Positions 1 to 10,966 of a DNA stretch of 24,272 nucleotides are shown one piece after another. The DNA is taken from positions 62,001 to 86,272 of the forward strand of contig JBFLGF010000059.1 of NCBI GenBank assembly GCA_050230475.1. The letters run 5' to 3'. The stretch is from Ancylonema sp. (Eukaryota). A model generated the notes under the pieces. That model searched no databases. It was given only the letters and a program-made list of their open reading frames with translations, and was not told the origin of the DNA. The first letter of the stretch is position 1. Each line of letters opens with the position of its first letter. A program made the translations under genes and the position numbers.

Positions 1-621
1 CGCCCCCCCATCCCCACAATCCCTCACTGCGTCCCTGTGGTCCAATAACTCCTCCAGACCACCATGATGGTGAAGCACACACCTCACCACACCCTCCAGC
101 ACCTCTCGTCGCTCACGTGGCGTCATGGATGCATAGGTGTCTGTGACGAGGGGATGCCCCGCCATACGCTGGGCGAGCACGGGTACGGTTTGTGCCATGG
201 ACTCAAGATTCGATATGAAGGTGTTGGATCCGTTCCAATCGTTGCAAAAGTTTTTGTCGCACTCCTCCCCGATGAAGAAGAGGATGGATAACTCGGTGTC
301 AATATGCGCCTCAGACTTCTGCTCCACCTCCTCCTCCTCCTCCTCCCCCACCCCCCAGCGAACAGCACTCCCGTTTCCCTCCCCTGCGTGCATGCCCACC
401 CTCCCCACTGCCACCCCCCCCAGCATGCGGGCGTACGGAAGCGCCTCGGGTCTACGCCCGGCCAACCAGCGGACAAAGGTTGGGGTCGCGCCCTCGCTCA
501 GGGGGGGGGTGAAGCAGGGGGGAAGGGGCAGGTGGCGATTGTGCGCGAGTAGGTGGGGGGGCCTGGAGAGGCATCGCAAATATCCCCTGGCAGCCCGTCG
601 CAGTGGGGAGGCACCGACCAT
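1..621 (-). CDS. Partial CDS of a probable host gene, product unknown; continues beyond the left window edge
   Basis: Stop-free minus frame from 756 to 1 with ATG at 621: MVGASPLRRAARGYLRCLSRPPHLL...EEEEEEVEQKSEAHIDTELSILFFIGEECDKNF...REVLEGVVRCVLHHHGGLEELLDHRDAVRDCGDGGA (207 codons). Missing from the ORF track because it has no stop inside the window. The Arg-rich, acid-free N-terminus resembles an organellar transit peptide. No TE motif recognised. Confidence 0.5.
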   Translation of the reverse strand, partial: MVGASPLRRAARGYLRCLSRPPHLLAHNRHLPLPPCFTPPLSEGATPTFVRWLAGRRPEALPYARMLGGVAVGRVGMHAGEGNGSAVRWGVGEEEEEEVEQKSEAHIDTELSILFFIGEECDKNFCNDWNGSNTFISNLESMAQTVPVLAQRMAGHPLVTDTYASMTPRERREVLEGVVRCVLHHHGGLEELLDHRDAVRDCGDGGA

Positions 622-899
622 GCTGCCCCTACGGGGGCGAGGGCGAAGGGGTGGAGGGAGAGGGAGAGGTGGAGGTGGAGGTAGAGGCGGGGGTGACAAA
701 CAAGTACGGAACACTGGGCTCCTTCCTGCAGCCCAAGCCCAGCGAGCAGAAGGTCGTCAAATTCCTGTATAGTGAATTCGTTCGGGAATGTTTTGTTCTC
801 ATGGGGATAAGCTTCGTACCCGGGGGAAGACTGTATGCAGCTCCAAAACGTCTGCCAGGGTCCGGTGTACACTTCCCTTAATCCTAACTCACAAAGGGC

Positions 900-1246
900 C
901 TGCAGGAAAGAAGCAGCTTTGTTTTGATGTCTCCAAAACCCGGACATTCATACCCTCCCTTGCAGACGAAACACAGACATCAGGGACTGATCGCTCCTCA
1001 ACTAGGCCTGACGCCATTGCAGGGATCAGCATGCAGTATATAGACCAGCAGAAATAAGCCGCGGACGCTTAAAACCAACTCGGCCCGGCAGAAATGTTCC
1101 CTACCTGCACGACGTCCTCCAGTCGGTCGTTGCAACGATGAGGTTTGAGCTGCCTGGCGTTCTTCTCCGATTGGGTTGCACCTGTAGAATGAGCCGGTTC
1201 CGCCAATTCCCCCATTGAAATCCTATGCGTCTTCACTTCACCTCAC
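900..1246 (-). other. Putative 5'-UTR introns of the minus-strand gene (1246-1182 and 1104-900)
   Basis: Minus strand: donors CAG|GTGAGG at 1246 and CAG|GTAGGG at 1104. Acceptors TTCTACAG| at 1182 and TTCTTTCCTGCAG| at 900. Confidence 0.35.
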
Positions 1247-1449
1247 CTGCCAAGCGTTTGGTGGTGTTGCCAACGCCCTTCGAAAGCTCATCCGTCCGTG
1301 TGATGCGACATGGCCGTGGGACCGTAGGGGGCTATCCTGTCCCGTAGTTAACTACCGGTATGTGCGCCGGGTCAACGGTCCTCCTTCGCTAAAAATCTTC
1401 GGTGTATCGAGGGTTGACAATAAATCGTAAATCCCGACACATAGATCTA

Positions 1450-1527
1450 CAGTATACCCTTGATAAAGTGACAATTTTATAGACAGTGGAAAATAATGTC
1501 ACTATCGAATGCCAGGGGTGTCACTAT
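1450..1527. mobile_element. Possible left end of a pogo/Tc1-like MITE, cut by the hAT-like element
   Basis: TA|CAGTATACCCTTGATAAAGTGACA start, with internal inverted TGTCACTAT motifs twice. No matching right end seen. Confidence 0.25.
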
Positions 1528-3010
1528 TAGGGTTGTTACCTCCGCATTTTTCACCGCGGTAGGTAAGGTACCATCCGCGCCCAACCGCACCCAACTGTTT
1601 CGGTTGGGCTTTTTCCCAGCCGCATCCCGACCGCCACCCGGGTGGGATGCGGTTGGGCGGTTGGCGAAAAGGCAAAAAAAAACAAAATTTCAGCACTTCA
1701 CCACTAAACTTAAAAGCAAGGTTCAAATTTGAATTGTATCACACCACAAAAGCAACAACCTTACAAACCTCCTCAAAGGAATAAAGAAAAGGAACGGTAG
1801 GGTGGGGAAAATAAATAAAGGGGGGGGGGGGGGGGGGGGGATAAAGATGAAGAAGATGAACAAACTTGCTCATCACGAGGTCATTGTTTTTTTATTTCTA
1901 ATGTTCGTGGGTGTTTGAAGGGAATTGAAAGCAGGTCAGTGCGGTAGGCTAGACCTATAAAGGGAAGGGAGTGATATGGATAGGGTTTTCCGAAGGGAGT
2001 CATATTTGATCGTGTCGACATGATGGGTGAAGGGGCGATTTGTTCGTATACAACGGGGTTTTTCCCAATACAACCGTGTTGTTATTTAAGAAGGGTTTTG
2101 TCAATACAACGGTCTTGTTATACTAGAGGGGTTGTTCGAAGTGGTTTCGTCCTCAGATTCCTAACATATCACTAGCTTGGATGTAGAACCACATCAAACG
2201 AATAACGAACCATCGAAGTGAAATGCCGACACCCGTGGTAAATGTATGGGAAGGCTTCTTTGCCACGAAATCCATTCTTCCCTTCATTGTTTCCCAGCTC
2301 ATGCATTACATATCATATGATGTTCGTCCATTACTTCTTGTCTTCTTGGCCTCTTCTCTTACACGACATATATATTCTTATTGGTAGAGTAAACAACATA
2401 TATGACAATATAAACACATTCTTGGTATCCCCGCATGAACGCTCTATTACGATGTGGAGAAGTATGGAAAATGAAACAAAAATGGAAATTTACGAGTGTG
2501 GCACAATGATGTATTTGTCTAACAAACACGTTAAAATGAAGTACCATCCCAAATGAGGATGGCTCTCAAAATGAGCACGTGAACAGTAATTATTAGATGT
2601 AGGCACCGAATGGTATCCGAACGGAACCCTTTACATATGATACAGAGATATTGAAAGAAGAAACTATGAAAAGAAGTATGTGCGCCATACTCTATTTTAA
2701 ACATGTTCTTATAGGGAGGGAGAGGGGTTACAAACAAATGAAGAGGTTTTTTTTCTTTCTTCTTCTTCTTCTTTTGAATATACCCAACCGCACCCAACCG
2801 CCGCGCCCCAACCGCACTCAACCGCAACCCAACCGCCCCAACCGCATCCCACCTGGGTGGGGGTTCACCAACCGGGTGGGAGTTGGCTTGCGGTTGGCCA
2901 AAAGCCACCCGGGTGGGCCAACCGTTACCTATTGTGAGCGCAGTCGGGGTTGGCCACCGCGCGGTTGCGCGGTTGGCCGCCGCGCGGTTGGCGCAGAGGT
3001 AACAACCCCA
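1528..3010. mobile_element. Non-autonomous hAT-like DNA transposon, ~1.48 kb
   Basis: TIR TAGGGTTGTTACCTCCGC (1528-1545) matches the reverse complement of 2993-3010, TGGGGTTGTTACCTCTGC, at 16/18. About ten CCAACCGC/GCGGTTGG subterminal motifs, plus the palindrome CCACCCGGGTGG at both ends. AT-rich non-coding interior. No 8-bp TSD found. Confidence 0.7.
1820..1840 (+). repeat. G21 homopolymer
   Basis: Read directly from the sequence. Confidence 0.95.
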
Positions 3011-3015
3011 CCCAT

Positions 3016-3200
3016 AAGGGATTGTAATCCGTAACGAGTCGTCATGTGAGACCCAACCGCCAAAATCGGTGGCGGCTGGTGGTGGGCCGCCCGGCGACCG
3101 CCTTCGACCGCCGCTCGAACGCGATTCCGCCGTCCACACGCGATTCTGCCGTCCAGCCCCGGTGGTTTGGCGGCTGGACCAGTTAGACGGCGGTTGGGAA
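3016..3200. mobile_element. Probable single end of a second, related hAT-like element
   Basis: AAGGGATTGTAATCCG resembles the first TIR and is followed by clustered ACCGCC/GGCGG motifs. Partner end not found. Confidence 0.35.
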
Positions 3201-4204
3201 AAATTAAAAAGCATGAGGCGTTTCTTTAAATTTAATGGAACACTGAATATATTAATGGTAGGTCCGCATAGGTCCTACGAGTATTGTACACTCTCGGTTT
3301 TGCGCGATTGTGAATTTTGATTTGTGATCTCATATATTGCGAATCATCATGATGTTTTAATTTGAAACATACATTATTTTGAACCGGCTGGCATTTGGAA
3401 ACGGTTTGCATAAATAATGTAGTTACAAATAAGTGATTGACAGTACTCTCATCGCGGAAACATTGTCATGACGCTAGAGATTGATAGGAAACCCCTCTAT
3501 AATGATTGGAAACCCGTCTAGATAAATACTTCTCTATAACAAGAGTGTTAGATACAACAATGTTTAGAACTAATACTTTTTGGGAAAAGCGTGAAGTACG
3601 AAACTTGTACGACTTGAAGAAAATGCGTGGCGTATTTTGAAGTCCAGAATCCATCAGTTTCAACTGATAGGTGCGTGTCGGATTTTGTTTAATAGATATT
3701 GTCACTTTCGTCATGTCGATATTCCCGACGATCATTCCAGCCGTAATCTTAAAGATAAGATCTTGCGCGTTTCATCGTAGTGTCGAGATTAATTTGAAAG
3801 CTCTAGCAGGCAGCCTGTTGATGTAATCGATATATTAAATGTAGTTAACTTTGTCGGTTAGCACCGCGTAACAACTTTCTGAAAAAAAAACTTTTGTGCT
3901 TTCAGATCTGCGAGCTTCCGTTGTCGGATTGCGCTTTTAAGAAATCATTCAACTATCTTTTGTCTACTCTAAGTATCTTTGCAATTCTGTATTTTGAATT
4001 CTTTCGCTTGCGCGATCTCGCATCGTGCCTTGTTTTGTCTCAGCCTGAAGTCCGTCACCCACCCTGTATGTTGAACAAACTGTCGTTTGCAACTTGTGAT
4101 ATTGTGTTTATCATCTAAATATGTTAATCACGCTCTCACTGAGCGAGTCGTGTAATCATTTGCAATATTTTGCATTGATTTACTGACGCTTTCATTGAGC
4201 CAGC

Positions 4205-4391
<187 letters not shown>

Positions 4392-4539
4392 TTTAATTTT
4401 ATGTCTGTTTATTAGTGTCTTGTGTGATTGTTGCGCAACTTACGATACGAAACCTCAAATAAAACAATTTAAACGTCATAATACATCGTTTACAGTGAAC
4501 GTTTAGCTAACTTACTACATCAAAAAAAATTGATGGCAC

Positions 4540-6391
4540 ACAAACGCTTACTGTATATACCTTACATAAATCTGATAATCTGATACCTTCCACCCTGAAC
4601 TGCAAAAGTTTTGTCCACATACTCCGCCTCCACATTGTCCGCCTCCGCCCCCTCACACCTACACCTCGAGGGATACCACCGCCTCATAACTGCTCCCGTA
4701 TTGAATATCCACTTCTCCACACATAAAGATAAACCCTTCTCTATCATACCTCGCACTATTATCACCCCACACCTCAATATCCATCCCCCTTCCATAGAGT
4801 ACCTATTTATCCGTCCCCTTAGGTTTTTCACAAATCTCTTTGCCGCCACCAAAGAGATTTCGGATTCTTGCAAAAATCGAACAAGAGTACTCACCTCCAT
4901 GGCCAAGTTCGAACGAGTCCAACCCGCCAATTACATCAAGCTTCCTATGAGGTAGCGGTTAATCTCCATATCCGATTTCTCGGTGAGATCCTGCATCGCC
5001 AAGAGAACTCCCGCCTCAAAAGGGTTATCATATACTCCTCCACTTCCAAGCCGTACTTTCCTTCAAAACTCTCAGCACCCATCCCTTGAGTTGGACCCCA
5101 CATTCTGACTCATGCGTAGCACCCAATCTATACCAATCACCTCCTGCATATCCCTAGTCACCTCCTCATGCACCCTGTTCTCTTGAGAGCTCTCCAACTC
5201 TGCATCTAATGTTTCTCGCCAAGCATCAAGTATTGCCCTTTATTGTTGTTTCCACTGTTTGCACCCCAAGCAAACGGATCCAGCACCCGAGGCTCACTTC
5301 TTGAGCCGAAGCCTCTAACTTGTACAAAAAAAATCCACTTGTCGATACATTTTTGGCTATTTTTGTTTCAAAAACATCACGTCGATTCTAACGCAAATCG
5401 ACAAAGTTTGATGCTCACAACTTTGTAAATATCTTTATCTTTCAAATATGTGCAACAATATCAATTGAATTCAGTTGTACATAGCACAATGTTTTATCCT
5501 AAAGTGACTGAAAAAGTGTTTAATACGGTTATGTTCAAGTGAAAAATAATCATTTCGTAGGTTACTAGACTGTATAGCTTCACGAAGATTTCTCCAGGAA
5601 AATTGAAAAGTAGTTACATATAGCATTTGTTTACAACAACGCAGTTTATGACATTTGAGCTATATTTAGCAAAAAGCGGCAACTGTTTTATTCTGGCCTG
5701 TCAGCAGGCTTCGCAAGATCTCTACCACTTATGATAAACTTGTAGTCTCCAAAATGCTGGGATTGATGCCACTTAACATTAAGCAGATCTAGTACACCCC
5801 CAGTCTCTGGTCTGGGGGGGCAGGGTCACAAAAACCGCCTTCATTCTCCATTGGTCTCCAGCTGACTCCCTTGTCAGCTGGCTCCGGCACTTGATGTCTG
5901 TCGGATCTGACGTCGTCCTTGGCTTTTAAAGTGTGCAGGAGCAGAGCTGGATCAAGCTGACCATACCACATCTCATGCGATACTCTGCAGCTCGTGAGTA
6001 TATCAAGATAAGTGAACAATCGTTCACTCAGCTTGCACAAGATATGCACGGGCCATCAGTTCAATTTTTATGATCCAATTTTTACTTGCTAGGCATCAAT
6101 GAAAACCCTTTGACGTGCGAATTCTGCAACTCCAGGCACTCTGTCATAAAGGGCATAGAGCGCTGCTTGTCTTAGAGTAACTCGCCCTACAGGCCGATGT
6201 CTTGATGGCCTACCATCTAAGACGACGCGATGCACCGTCTTATCCACGAACCGGAACTTGAATGCCCAGCTTTGGTTAGATGTGCTAGTAACTAGGGGAA
6301 TTTTAAAAAATCCGTTGTGTTCAAATTGCGACCAAGATTTTCAACAGAGAAAAATATAATGCAAGGAGAGAAATTAGCTGAAACCATAACC
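4540..6391 (-). mobile_element. Old, internally deleted Ty1/copia remnant
   Basis: In order on the minus strand: PBS-like GGTTATGGTTTCAG (6391-6378); Gag N-terminus KIPLVTSTSNQSWAFKFRFVDKTVHRVVLD, similar to QIPQFTGADYTGWAFKVKYRLADKKLHRLVMD near 22430; IN tail RIDVMFLKQ; RT start AWRETLDAELES..VIGIDWVL; RT end LIGSLM*LAGWTRSNLAMEVSTLVRF; RNase H EAEYV. Confidence 0.75.
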
Positions 6392-7024
6392 CTCAGCAGG
6401 TACCTTGGTACCAAAAGCACCAGCTCTTATAGCCGCAGCCCATATTTACTATGGCGTTTGGTCGGGGTAGAAAAACTGATTATAACAGACGATTTCGGCG
6501 TAGAGCAGCGGAAAAAATGGCCACCAATTTGAAGTGGGATATCCGCAGCCCCGTACTAGGTTTATTAGATTGGACCCCCCACCTAAATTCCTTAAAAGAA
6601 AAACCCTGCCACGGGCGTGCAAATGTACGACTTCGGTGGGTCACGGGGTTCGCACTCGGTTGAGATTGCACCTGCAAGTGAGGCATCAATATAAATGGTG
6701 AGATTTTGGTTTATCATGTACCGCTTATCAACTGGGTGACTATGTGATTTTCCCTCCACAATGTATGCAATGAGCCCCAGATACATGTACTCTCGATTCC
6801 GTAGTTGTCTTTTTTGTTGATCCGGTTCTTGTCCGGAATTGCCGCCCTTGAGAGGAACCATTGCACTGGATGCAAACAACGGAGGTTGGTTAAGACATGT
6901 TGATGAGAGAGGTGATGTCGTCGATACTTTTTCTTTTCGTGGTTAGGGAGAGTCTCTCGAGTAATGCCCTTGTTGGTGACATGTGCATTATTCAATCGGC
7001 TTGTCTGATCGAGGCCGTGGGTGA

Positions 7025-7496
7025 TTTTTTAGAATTAGATTCGAAAAGGTGACTGAACTAGTGAGCCTAGGGCGGTTAGCTTAGTTCCGCTTTTATTCAT
7101 GATAAACTTCTGTGTCTTTATATCTAGAATATGGAGCCTGGTACAACTCTACCCGGGCATCCACCGCCTTTGCACCGTCAATGTCTGGCGTGTGACGCAT
7201 TAGTGTTCGCTGACTTCAATTTTCTATTTCAGAATGAACTTTAGTGTTGTCTGGCGGCGGCGGTATTAGTTCCGGCTGTCGGTTATCATAAAATTGTCCG
7301 ATCTGATTGTGTCCGTTGTCGGATATACCGAAATCTCCCGACGATATAACTTTTCTAATAACTCTTCCACAAATCGATCCCTCCGTATATTGATCATTGT
7401 GATAATACGTGTATGCGTATATTGTCATATTGCCGGATAGCACCTTTGTAATCTGATTCTGTTGTACGAGTCTTTATCGATACTCTGTCTTTAAAA
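7025..7496 (+). mobile_element. Diverged copia LTR, distantly related to the other LTRs; start approximate
   Basis: Patchy collinear similarity to the LTR family, e.g. GCCTGGTACAACTCTACCCGGGCA versus GCCGGGCACAATTGTGTCCGGGCA, and a degenerate palindrome near 7252-7282. Directly followed by a PBS. Confidence 0.5.
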
Positions 7497-7510
7497 GGAT
7501 ATGGGCCCAT
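7497..7510 (+). other. Half-tRNA-iMet primer-binding site
   Basis: GGATATGGGCCCAT matches GGTTATGGGCCCAC at 12/14. The following GTGCGTTCTA matches the leader after the PBS of the complete copia (GTGCGGTCTA). Confidence 0.65.
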
Positions 7511-7711
7511 GTGCGTTCTACGGCAATGGACGCCAAGGTATCACACTCCTAAAGATCCCACTCGATTAACTGTGCCAGATCACGGAACGCAACGGTAAAT
7601 TGTGCCTTTTGGTTGGGGTACTTTTATTGGAAAAGTTGTTTGCACGGAATTTGTTGATTACGAGTAAGGTTACTGTCAGGGGTCAGCTTAAAACGCTGCA
7701 GCCGCCTGTAC

Positions 7712-8045
7712 CGCTTGATGCCGACACCTAGAGTCGTTTGATAGCGGTTGCTATGCATGCCGTGATTTAATTGGATAGATCTAGTCATGTCAGAGTGTCC
7801 GGCATGAACCGTTGACATATAGGTGAGTTGTTAAGCAAGGATAGTGACGACGGTCAATAGTTCCGGTCGTCGGCACATATCAATCTGTGAAGTGCATCGG
7901 GTATTACCATACCCAACGCGATCACACTTATGATTCGTTCCACACACGCAGTTCGTGACTCGTTCATAGTGATAGAGATAATTTTGCGTACGGTTCGTTT
8001 GTCGCCCACCAATCCCTTGCATATCTTATCGCTCAAAAGTTCACA
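7712..8045 (+). mobile_element. 5'-truncated copia LTR of the same family as 13961-14333
   Basis: Clear homology to the reverse complement of 13961-14297. Ends CTCAAAAGTTCACA. Confidence 0.85.
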
Positions 8046-8952
8046 CCGTTGTTCGGTTCCGTTCACGAACCCGAATCCTATCGCGTGCCCATCTTGTAGA
8101 TAAACGCCACCGATTGAATGTTTTAGGCATCGGTGACTACCTCGCAAGATAAATCGGGCGCCAACGTTTGGTACCATTTGCGCCTGTCGAAAGCCTTACG
8201 ACAATCCGTAGATCACCCATTTGGAAATCGGTTTCGGCATGCCAGTTATTGGTTGAACGATCTCCAAAAACGCATAAATTAATCTTCGGAAGTAATTCGA
8301 AAAATAAAAACACGACCCTATCCTATGAACCTTTTTTTGGCACTGGCCACACTAGAACTACCGACAATTTCTATGAGTCAGGCCAGATTCCTTCTCGTCC
8401 AATTTCATGTCCTAAATAAAGCAGCCGTTACTTCATGAACTATCATTTCTTCTTCTTGAAATAGAACTTGTAGCAACTTCAAATTGAAAGTACAATTCTG
8501 ACATGTTCCATGTGCTCCACTGGATCTTTTGAATACCGTACCGGCCAGACTTAATGATCCGGAAATAAATTATTTTTTTCCGGTTGGGTCTTTAGTCCGG
8601 GTCATAAATATAAATTCAAAGGTCACTTCTTAGGCCTTAATTCCCCTAATCCCCGGTTTTTTAAGGAGGCCTGGTTCTTTATTTCATCGTATTTTAAGGT
8701 CATCTATAGTTCAAAACAATTTAAGACTACCGGATACTCATGCCACCCCTCCGTGAAAAAAAGACAAGATATCAATCATAAGCAAACAACATCCTGTTTC
8801 AAAAAACCATTTTAGTTCAACACACCAATCACAATTAAACATATCCGCTTGCGTACATAACTTGTTAACGCATGCGTACCGATCCATAATATGGTCACTG
8901 TTACCTCACAAATTATAAAAGCCACAAAATAAATGTACATTTATGTTGTTTG

Positions 8953-8984
<32 letters not shown>

Positions 8985-9573
8985 TTTTACATTGCATTTA
9001 AGATTTATTTTTCGTTTTGGGAGCCTAAACCTACACACTAAAAATAACATCTGACTTAATGGGGATCGGTGGGGGAGCGTCAAGGGTATAACGGGGCAAA
9101 TACAGGCCATAGATGCCTAAATATAATAATACCGGTAAACTGATCTTTAACGATTATCATGGTATTCAGCATTTTAGGAGCTAATTTGACCGTTACCAGA
9201 GTGGGTCATATGTGAATAAATAGTCGCCCGGAAGGGGTGGGCTCATTGCTGGGGCCTAAAAAGTATCTGTTCGGAAGTGGGCGGATTGCTGGGTCTTTGG
9301 CTTATTATTTCGATTCCCGGAGAGTTTGGGCATTAAATCTGGCCGGTACGGTAAATCAAAACGTCGTCTAGATAAACTAGCATGAACTTCCCCAGGTGTG
9401 GTCATAATAGTTCATTCATAGTTGACAAAAAGGTTTTTTTAGGCATTTGTCAAACTAACCGGCAAGACCTTGAACTCGTAGTGTCCCATCGTTATTTTAT
9501 ACGGCGTCTTTGGGCAATCATCCGGATGAATCCGTATCTGATGATAACCTTGAGCCAAGTCAAGCGCCGTTGT
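8046..9573 (-). pseudogene. pol: Ty3/gypsy RT-RNase H remnant (chromovirus-like), split by a MITE
   Basis: ALDLAQGYHQIRIHPDD..GHYEFKVLPVSLTNA..HLGKFMLVYLDDVLIY, then the MITE, then SKDPVEHMEHVRIVL..YLGHEI..WPVPK..NYFRR..EVVTDA..IGGVYLQDGHAI. Many stops and frameshifts. Confidence 0.92.
8536..9351. mobile_element. 816-bp Tc1/mariner (Tc2/pogo-type) MITE with TA target duplication
   Basis: 21-bp TIRs CCGTACCGGCCAGA(C/T)TTAATG at 8536-8556 and 9331-9351, one mismatch. TA on both flanks. Removing the element restores the Gypsy RT frame. AT-rich interior with (ATT)8. Confidence 0.93.
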
Positions 9574-9856
9574 CGTACCCATATCGATCGTGAACGGCGA
9601 GACGTGTGAACAACATACCACACAAGCACACCGTACTAAGCGTGACTATAACAAAGTCTACACTACCATACAAGCTAGCCCATCTACCATATATCCATCT
9701 ACCATATAGCTAGGCCATCTTCCTAGTCATACCCCGTACTCGCATTGTCGCGCCTAGATGGCATGCAACTACCGAGCACCGCTCCCCATCACCGCGCCTA
9801 GACGGCTTGCGGTGCTGCAACTCGCGCATTCACAACGCGCTTCAAATCAATACTCA
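9574..9856 (-). mobile_element. Truncated second copy of the Gypsy LTR
   Basis: Diverged direct repeat of 10696-10953. On the minus strand it starts TGAGTATTGATTTGAAGCG versus TGAGCTATTATTTGAAGCG. Confidence 0.7.
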
Positions 9857-10953
9857 TTAACGTACAAGGCAAGGTATCACGCTCTACCTCTAGCTTACCT
9901 CACATGTTATCGCAAGCAGTATATGATTATTTCCACGACACATTATTTTCCGATATACAACACCAGCCATGAATAAGACGCGCTCGATACTTAACGCATT
10001 CAAAAAATGACACGTCACCGCTCTTGCCAATCTTAATAGGTATGCACTCTGGCGTTATGCAGCCAGAGTGGTCAAGCATCAGATTACATAGACTGGAAGT
10101 CCAACAAGAGACTTCCGACACCCTTGCACGTCCCATACGCTACGATGCAATCCACACCGTACGCATGCATCCGATCAAACGCATTCGGTCCAAGCATATC
10201 CTACCCTTGGGCGCAATCGAATACGATCACAACCATCCAATCACATATCGCTAGCGTGCACTTCTATGACCCCACAACGCGGGAGCCACAGAGGTCTGCG
10301 GTTTGCTGAAAATTCCCGTGGCCTGCCGTTCTGCGGCCCACTATACTGAACCGCAACCAAAATTCAAACGGCTAGTCGCTCTCCCTCACTACATCAATCG
10401 AATATCGATCGCTCTATCGAACCCAAATAATCCAGGCCACCTTCCGTGCCCAGGCTTCTCAAACTTCCTTGCTCCAAGCTTCCGTCTTCCCGCTTTATCG
10501 GGAACAATTAATAATTGGGCGGGCCCCCGCCCGCTGCCGCTTTATTGCAAACAAATAAAAAACCCAGCCCCTAGCCGCCTACCGCGCTACCGCAGACCGC
10601 ATGCTAGGAGCGTCAACCGTACCCAGGTCAATACCCGGCTGGAATCGTTCCGCACACACGTGTCGCACTTGCGACTGGATTACGTATGACAGCCATCGTA
10701 CTCTATCGGTCGTTTATGGTTACACGTGTGAACAACACACCATGTGGGCGCACCGTACCAATCGTGACTATAACAAGGTTACCCAATCGTACAAGCTATC
10801 CCAAAACCATGCCATCTCTCTAGGCATATCCCGTACTCGCATACACGCGCCTATACGGCATGCAACTACCGAGCACCGCTCCCCATCCCCGCGCCTAGAC
10901 GGCATGCGGTGCCGCAACTCGCACATTCACAACGCGCTTCAAATAATAGCTCA
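9857..10953 (-). mobile_element. Probable 3' LTR (~1.1 kb) of the PHD-bearing Gypsy element; 3' boundary uncertain
   Basis: TG start immediately after a G10-AA polypurine tract downstream of the integrase. A second copy begins at the same TG. Confidence 0.65.
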
Positions 10954-10954
10954 A

Positions 10955-10966
10955 TTCCCCCCCCCC
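10955..10966 (-). other. Polypurine tract of the Gypsy element
   Basis: Minus strand reads GGGGGGGGGGAA, then T, then TGAGCT. Confidence 0.65.

Noticed and set aside
137..772. 211-aa plus-strand ORF with an RGG-rich tail, and overlapping short ORFs
   Set aside because: Best explained as antisense shadows of the minus-strand frame in GC-rich sequence.
2780..2990. CRISPR-like or telomere-like array
   Set aside because: The 8-bp motifs are irregularly spaced, in both orientations and next to a TIR, which fits transposon subterminal repeats.
2531..3214. 227-aa minus-strand ORF
   Set aside because: It reads through GC-rich subterminal repeats and across an element boundary, with no transposase motif.
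3580..3670. LSVETDGFWTSKYATHFL on the minus strand resembles a hAT catalytic motif
   Set aside because: Short, bounded by stops, and no other transposase motif nearby.
6392..7020. Possible 5' LTR of the old copia, or a small gene
   Set aside because: No second copy, terminal motif or recognisable protein; left unannotated.
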